Part shown: positions 48,301-51,270 of the stretch, in pieces
How the letters are laid out: each line of letters begins with the position of its first letter
Numbering within the stretch: position 1 is the first letter of the stretch
Position numbers and translations under genes: made by a program
The notes under the pieces: generated by a model
Told to the model about the DNA's origin: nothing
Seen by the model: the letters and a program-made list of their open reading frames with translations, nothing else
The model's database searches: none
NCBI GenBank assembly: GCA_043820105.1
Contig: JBDREC010000064.1
Coordinates: 1-51,270 of the forward strand
DNA length: 51,270 bases
Source: Pseudomonadota bacterium
GTDB lineage: Bacteria; Bdellovibrionota_F; JAHFAK01; JBDREC01
Direction: 5' to 3'

Positions 48301-51255
48301 AATTTATTTTGTCTTTCAGAATACGAAAACGCTATTAAGAAATTAGATATTCTAAAATATAAAAAATTAGCATTAAATGAAGAAATAAAATATAATTTAC
48401 TTTTGGGAAAAATTCAAAACAGGCAAGGAAATAGCAATGAAGCTTTGGAGTTTTATGAAAAGGCTTATGCTTTAAGTGATGCAGAAAATTTGCATCAAAG
48501 TCAAAATAAAGCTGAAATCTTATTAAACAAGCTATCCCTTTTTCTAACAATAGCGGATTTTCAAAAGTCACAGGAAATAATAGAAGCAATATCGGATTAT
48601 AAAGAATTAAAAAATAAAGAAAAGGCACAGTTTTACTATTTGTCCGGACTGTATGCATACTACAATGAAAATGTCTCTATGGCCATAGAGTCCTTTAAAT
48701 TGTCTTTAAGTTTTGCCCAGAGCGATAAGAATTATTCCGCTATTATTCGTGCCTTTAATATGCTGGGAGCCTGTGCTTTCTTAGAACACAATTATAATGC
48801 ATCAATTGAGTTTTATGAAAAAGCTATAGAAATCTCAGAAGCTATTTCTGACATTTATGGCAAGTCTATTATTTATCAAAATATAGGAGCAAGCCTTCAT
48901 AATATTGGAAAACTATCAGAGGCTTTACAAAATTATTTAAAAGCTAGCCAAATTCTCGATGATCTTAATGAGCCAATAAAAACAGAAATGATTCTTTTTA
49001 GTATAGCTCTAATCTATTCTGAAATTGGGGATTATGAAACTTGCACTAAGTATTTAGAAAAGTCACAAAAGATGGCTGAAAAAAGTGGAAATAAACTAAC
49101 AATAGCTTATGTTAATTTCTTAGAAGCAGATTTGCTTTATCAAAATATGACTTATGATATTGCATTAGAAAAATATGAAATCGCCAGGGATTTGTTTTCT
49201 AAACTAAATCTTAACTATCAAAAGGTTCAAACCTTAATTAATATTGCCAATATTTATGTGCAAAAAACTCAATGGAATAAAGTCAAAGTTATTTGCAAGG
49301 TGATTAATTCGATATCATCCTTAAACGATGGCTTAAAGACAGAGCTTAATATTTTATTAATTAAATTAGCGATTGCTAATAAAGATTTAGTGGAAGCAAA
49401 AAACATTATAAATAATAATATTAATGAAAAAGATATTGAATTTCTAAACTATCAAACCCAGTTCTCGATTAATAGTATTTTAGCTCAATTTTATGAAAAA
49501 ATATCAAATATTGAAAAGGCAAATGAATATGCAGAAAAGCTAGACTTTCAAATAAAAACTCTTGCTCAAAATATGCCGGAAACAAGAAAGACCCTCTTTC
49601 TAAAAAGGCAGGTTATTAAAGAAGCAAAAGAAATATCAAGATCTATAAAAATTAAGCAGGGCATTAAAAGTGAAGTGAGCTTCAAACTAGAAAACCTCAT
49701 GGATCTGCAAATAAGTCTTACAAGTCAAAGTGACCCTCAAAAGCTTATTAATGCAGTTTTAGATAATGTAATTATTTTTACAAATGCAATAAGGGGATTT
49801 GTACTGCTTAAAAAAGAGCTTTTTGAAAAGCTGGGAAAAGATAGTTTTTTAAAAGCACTTAATAAGAAAGCTTATGAGTATCATGTCATTGCTTCAAGAA
49901 ATTTCGAACAAGATGAATTAAGTAATTCAATTGATCAAATCAGCAAGACAATTATTGATAAAACTTTATTAGAAGATAAAATTATTCAAGTTGCAAATGC
50001 ATTAGAAGCCTTTTCATGGTCAAGAAGCATTAGTAATTCAAAGCTTAAAAGCATTATCACTTTTCCCATTGTTATGGAAAATGAAATAATTGGGCTTTTT
50101 TATCTGGATGACCCAAATAATGTTGGAAGTTTTGACGATGTAGATTTAAAATACATTCAGACACTTGCCGTTATTACGTCAAATCTAATAAATAATCTTG
50201 CATTGCTTACGAGTTTAACAAGGCAAAATAAAAAAATAGAAAGTCTTAATAATGAACTATCAAAAAGACTCCTTGTAGCTGAAAATGAAGTGCAATCTAG
50301 CAAGTCTTTACTTTCACATATGAAAAGTGATGGTTTTACTCTAAAAAATTATAATAAAATTATTACAAATAATAAAACAATGCTGAATCTATTTGCAACT
50401 ATTGAAAAAGTAAAGGATACAGAACTTTCTGTTTTGATAGGTGGTGAAACTGGATCAGGAAAAGAACTTATTGCCCGGTCTATACATTATGGAAGTAAGT
50501 ATGCAAATAAACCATTTCTTAGTGAAAACTGTGGCGCAGTTAGTGAGTCCTTGCTTGAAAGCGAGCTCTTTGGTCATGTGAAAGGCGCTTTTACTGATGC
50601 AATTAGAGATAAGAAAGGTTTGTTTGAACTGGCTAATGGAGGAACAATTTTTCTTGATGAAATCGGTGAAATGTCACTTGGAATGCAGAAAAAGTTGCTG
50701 CGGGTTTTGCAAGAAAAAAAGGTTAGACCACTAGGTTCAAATAATTATATTGATGTTGATTTCAGAATAATCTGCGCAACTCATAGAAATCTTGATAAAA
50801 TGGTAAAAGCAGAAGAATTTAGAAGCGACTTGTTTTTCAGAATAAATGCTGTTTTATTAAAATTGCCTGCTTTGCGAGAAAGAAAAGACGATATCCCATT
50901 GCTGGTTGACCACTTTTTAAGAATACACTCAAAAGATAAGCCAAAGAAAATAGACAAAAAACTGCTGCAATTGCTAATAGATTATTCCTGGCCTGGTAAC
51001 ATAAGACAATTAGAAAATGAGATAAAAAGATTAGTTTTCACTTCAAATAATGAAATAATAAGAAGTTCAGATTCCACATTATCAAGCCAAAGCCTATATC
51101 AAGAAAAGGAAATGAAATCTCTTGATGAAATTGAAAAAGAAGCAATTTTAAAAGCCATCCAAATATCAGATGGTAAATTAGTTGAAGCTGCTAAACTGCT
51201 TTCAATTAATAGAAGAACATTGAGTAGGAAGATTGAGAAATATGGGTTGTTGTGA
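45370..51255 (+). CDS. Giant sigma-54 enhancer-binding protein: Xer-like N-terminal module, Ser/Thr kinase-like domain, P-loop NTPase, TPRs, GAF, AAA+ and Fis HTH
   Basis: Kinase ALK, HFDINPNN, DFG, APE, DLYSLG; GEAGSGK; TPR helices; GETGSGKE, ESELFGH, GAFTDA, FLDEIGEM, LRERKDDI, WPGNIRQLEN; AAKLLSINRRTL HTH. Confidence 0.92.
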   Translation: MAEYIESLENQKKYNKNSIVCYTNRLNDFLSFFKNKKDLNSISKEDVEKFLKSLDKSDISNAKYNQFITAIRGFYKYLEKSFGVNDLFSDIKLKKSLEKIYLNEDQILAFLDIIKAVEDNKKTIFLIYVLTELKIQDILKLDKNDIEIKADQLIINVSKNKLKKEYDLSASPFKERLNGEISELIKESKKLLFESNKQKEILTAGFNYIFKKFKKHLPKECSSVLMLKNPRFTLPKKEKHLAYLESRKYKFHKLISNNDESSVYLVYDRQKKSKLALKILNSQVFNPELEARFENEFLTLKSLNHPLLPRVYDFVCDKSKKLCYFTLEYMDAAPISDFVQKLSIKEAILIIYNFIDLFKYLNSKNIIHFDINPNNILFKNSAAGKLNIKLIDFGLSGVTETTIPKGTNYFIAPEIILNKKASTTSDLYSLGITIYHLLTARFPFNNQNTDSYLKEIKQNKYVEISEYLNQIPDELEELISKMTRYNPEQRYAEFHEIEKDISSLIEKHLLDGETSVNEISLKIPAYINFNNYKEHFNKIFNIVSSEKVYYPEVYSILLSGEAGSGKKRLLSELSNAAYIKKKPVYRFEFSNDPYDCLGNIIEFCLLKKKIKIDHSDSTNNDKKALSINTIKKLAYSLAGELSKNPSLVIFEACENLKPDALAFIKLFLDEIKNSKKSFLSIFSINTENEEGAKLAELLKRKLPNKANYLEWKLAHLNKEEVARLCESALNKAYDSSLIDYLYKYSKGNAGQVLMLLSYLSENNSLILRNNIVQVLETKKDLVPGAIEDIIENKISKLSKNEKHVLSFLSILEVDLNVNLLMIMLCEFYETISKADFILAVEALIHKQLVFKTDDFTDVSLDSLNSNYFIKIADDYIKMQSHKQINTKIMKLMHLKIAQYLEASLDLQEKYSETIGFHFSMGSNQEKAFLYLDKKARDLYNQGLWERSALLFERALKDVEKLPDLDPKLVDSILFNAENLFCLSEYENAIKKLDILKYKKLALNEEIKYNLLLGKIQNRQGNSNEALEFYEKAYALSDAENLHQSQNKAEILLNKLSLFLTIADFQKSQEIIEAISDYKELKNKEKAQFYYLSGLYAYYNENVSMAIESFKLSLSFAQSDKNYSAIIRAFNMLGACAFLEHNYNASIEFYEKAIEISEAISDIYGKSIIYQNIGASLHNIGKLSEALQNYLKASQILDDLNEPIKTEMILFSIALIYSEIGDYETCTKYLEKSQKMAEKSGNKLTIAYVNFLEADLLYQNMTYDIALEKYEIARDLFSKLNLNYQKVQTLINIANIYVQKTQWNKVKVICKVINSISSLNDGLKTELNILLIKLAIANKDLVEAKNIINNNINEKDIEFLNYQTQFSINSILAQFYEKISNIEKANEYAEKLDFQIKTLAQNMPETRKTLFLKRQVIKEAKEISRSIKIKQGIKSEVSFKLENLMDLQISLTSQSDPQKLINAVLDNVIIFTNAIRGFVLLKKELFEKLGKDSFLKALNKKAYEYHVIASRNFEQDELSNSIDQISKTIIDKTLLEDKIIQVANALEAFSWSRSISNSKLKSIITFPIVMENEIIGLFYLDDPNNVGSFDDVDLKYIQTLAVITSNLINNLALLTSLTRQNKKIESLNNELSKRLLVAENEVQSSKSLLSHMKSDGFTLKNYNKIITNNKTMLNLFATIEKVKDTELSVLIGGETGSGKELIARSIHYGSKYANKPFLSENCGAVSESLLESELFGHVKGAFTDAIRDKKGLFELANGGTIFLDEIGEMSLGMQKKLLRVLQEKKVRPLGSNNYIDVDFRIICATHRNLDKMVKAEEFRSDLFFRINAVLLKLPALRERKDDIPLLVDHFLRIHSKDKPKKIDKKLLQLLIDYSWPGNIRQLENEIKRLVFTSNNEIIRSSDSTLSSQSLYQEKEMKSLDEIEKEAILKAIQISDGKLVEAAKLLSINRRTLSRKIEKYGLL

Positions 51256-51270
51256 AAATAATATGAAATA

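Noticed and set aside
3179-48658. Numerous 60-143 aa ORFs nested in or antisense to long genes (e.g. 3179, 9613, 9973, 19742, 26387, 35458, 41656, 47148)
   Set aside because: They overlap well-supported genes and show shadow-frame composition without motifs.

Overview
AT-rich bacterial chromosomal window using genetic code 11. The gene content (smc-ftsY, sigma-54 system, many exported lipoproteins) suggests a deltaproteobacterial-type lineage; this is an inference. The left third is mostly housekeeping and cell-envelope genes: M23 peptidase, miaA, NhaC-type transporter, rlmB, SPOR protein, LD-carboxypeptidase, M14 carboxypeptidase, smc, ftsY and an M29 aminopeptidase. The rest is accessory. 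It includes a degenerate GAF-GGDEF protein, an AraC regulator, a 1838-aa exported protein, ppaX and a phytase, a complete hpdBCA-type glycyl-radical decarboxylase operon, several very acidic lipoproteins, a DUF885-like metalloprotein, and a zinc-peptidase/ATP-grasp pair. Highlights: (1) a 1961-aa sigma-54 activator whose N-terminus is an apparently catalytically dead XerC/D-like recombinase module fused to kinase-NTPase-TPR-GAF-AAA+-HTH; (2) an unannotated 54-aa Cys-containing peptide gene with its own promoter and RBS directly upstream of an RRE/radical SAM/SPASM maturase, a candidate new RiPP; (3) four TGGYATA-N4-TTGC sigma-54 promoters, three in front of exported proteins of unknown function and one in front of a candidate ~120-nt hairpin sRNA; (4) recurring in-register 6/7/8-mer tandem arrays in many intergenic gaps. 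I recognised no rRNA, tRNA, CRISPR array or intact mobile element. All calls come from reading motifs by eye; no searches were run.
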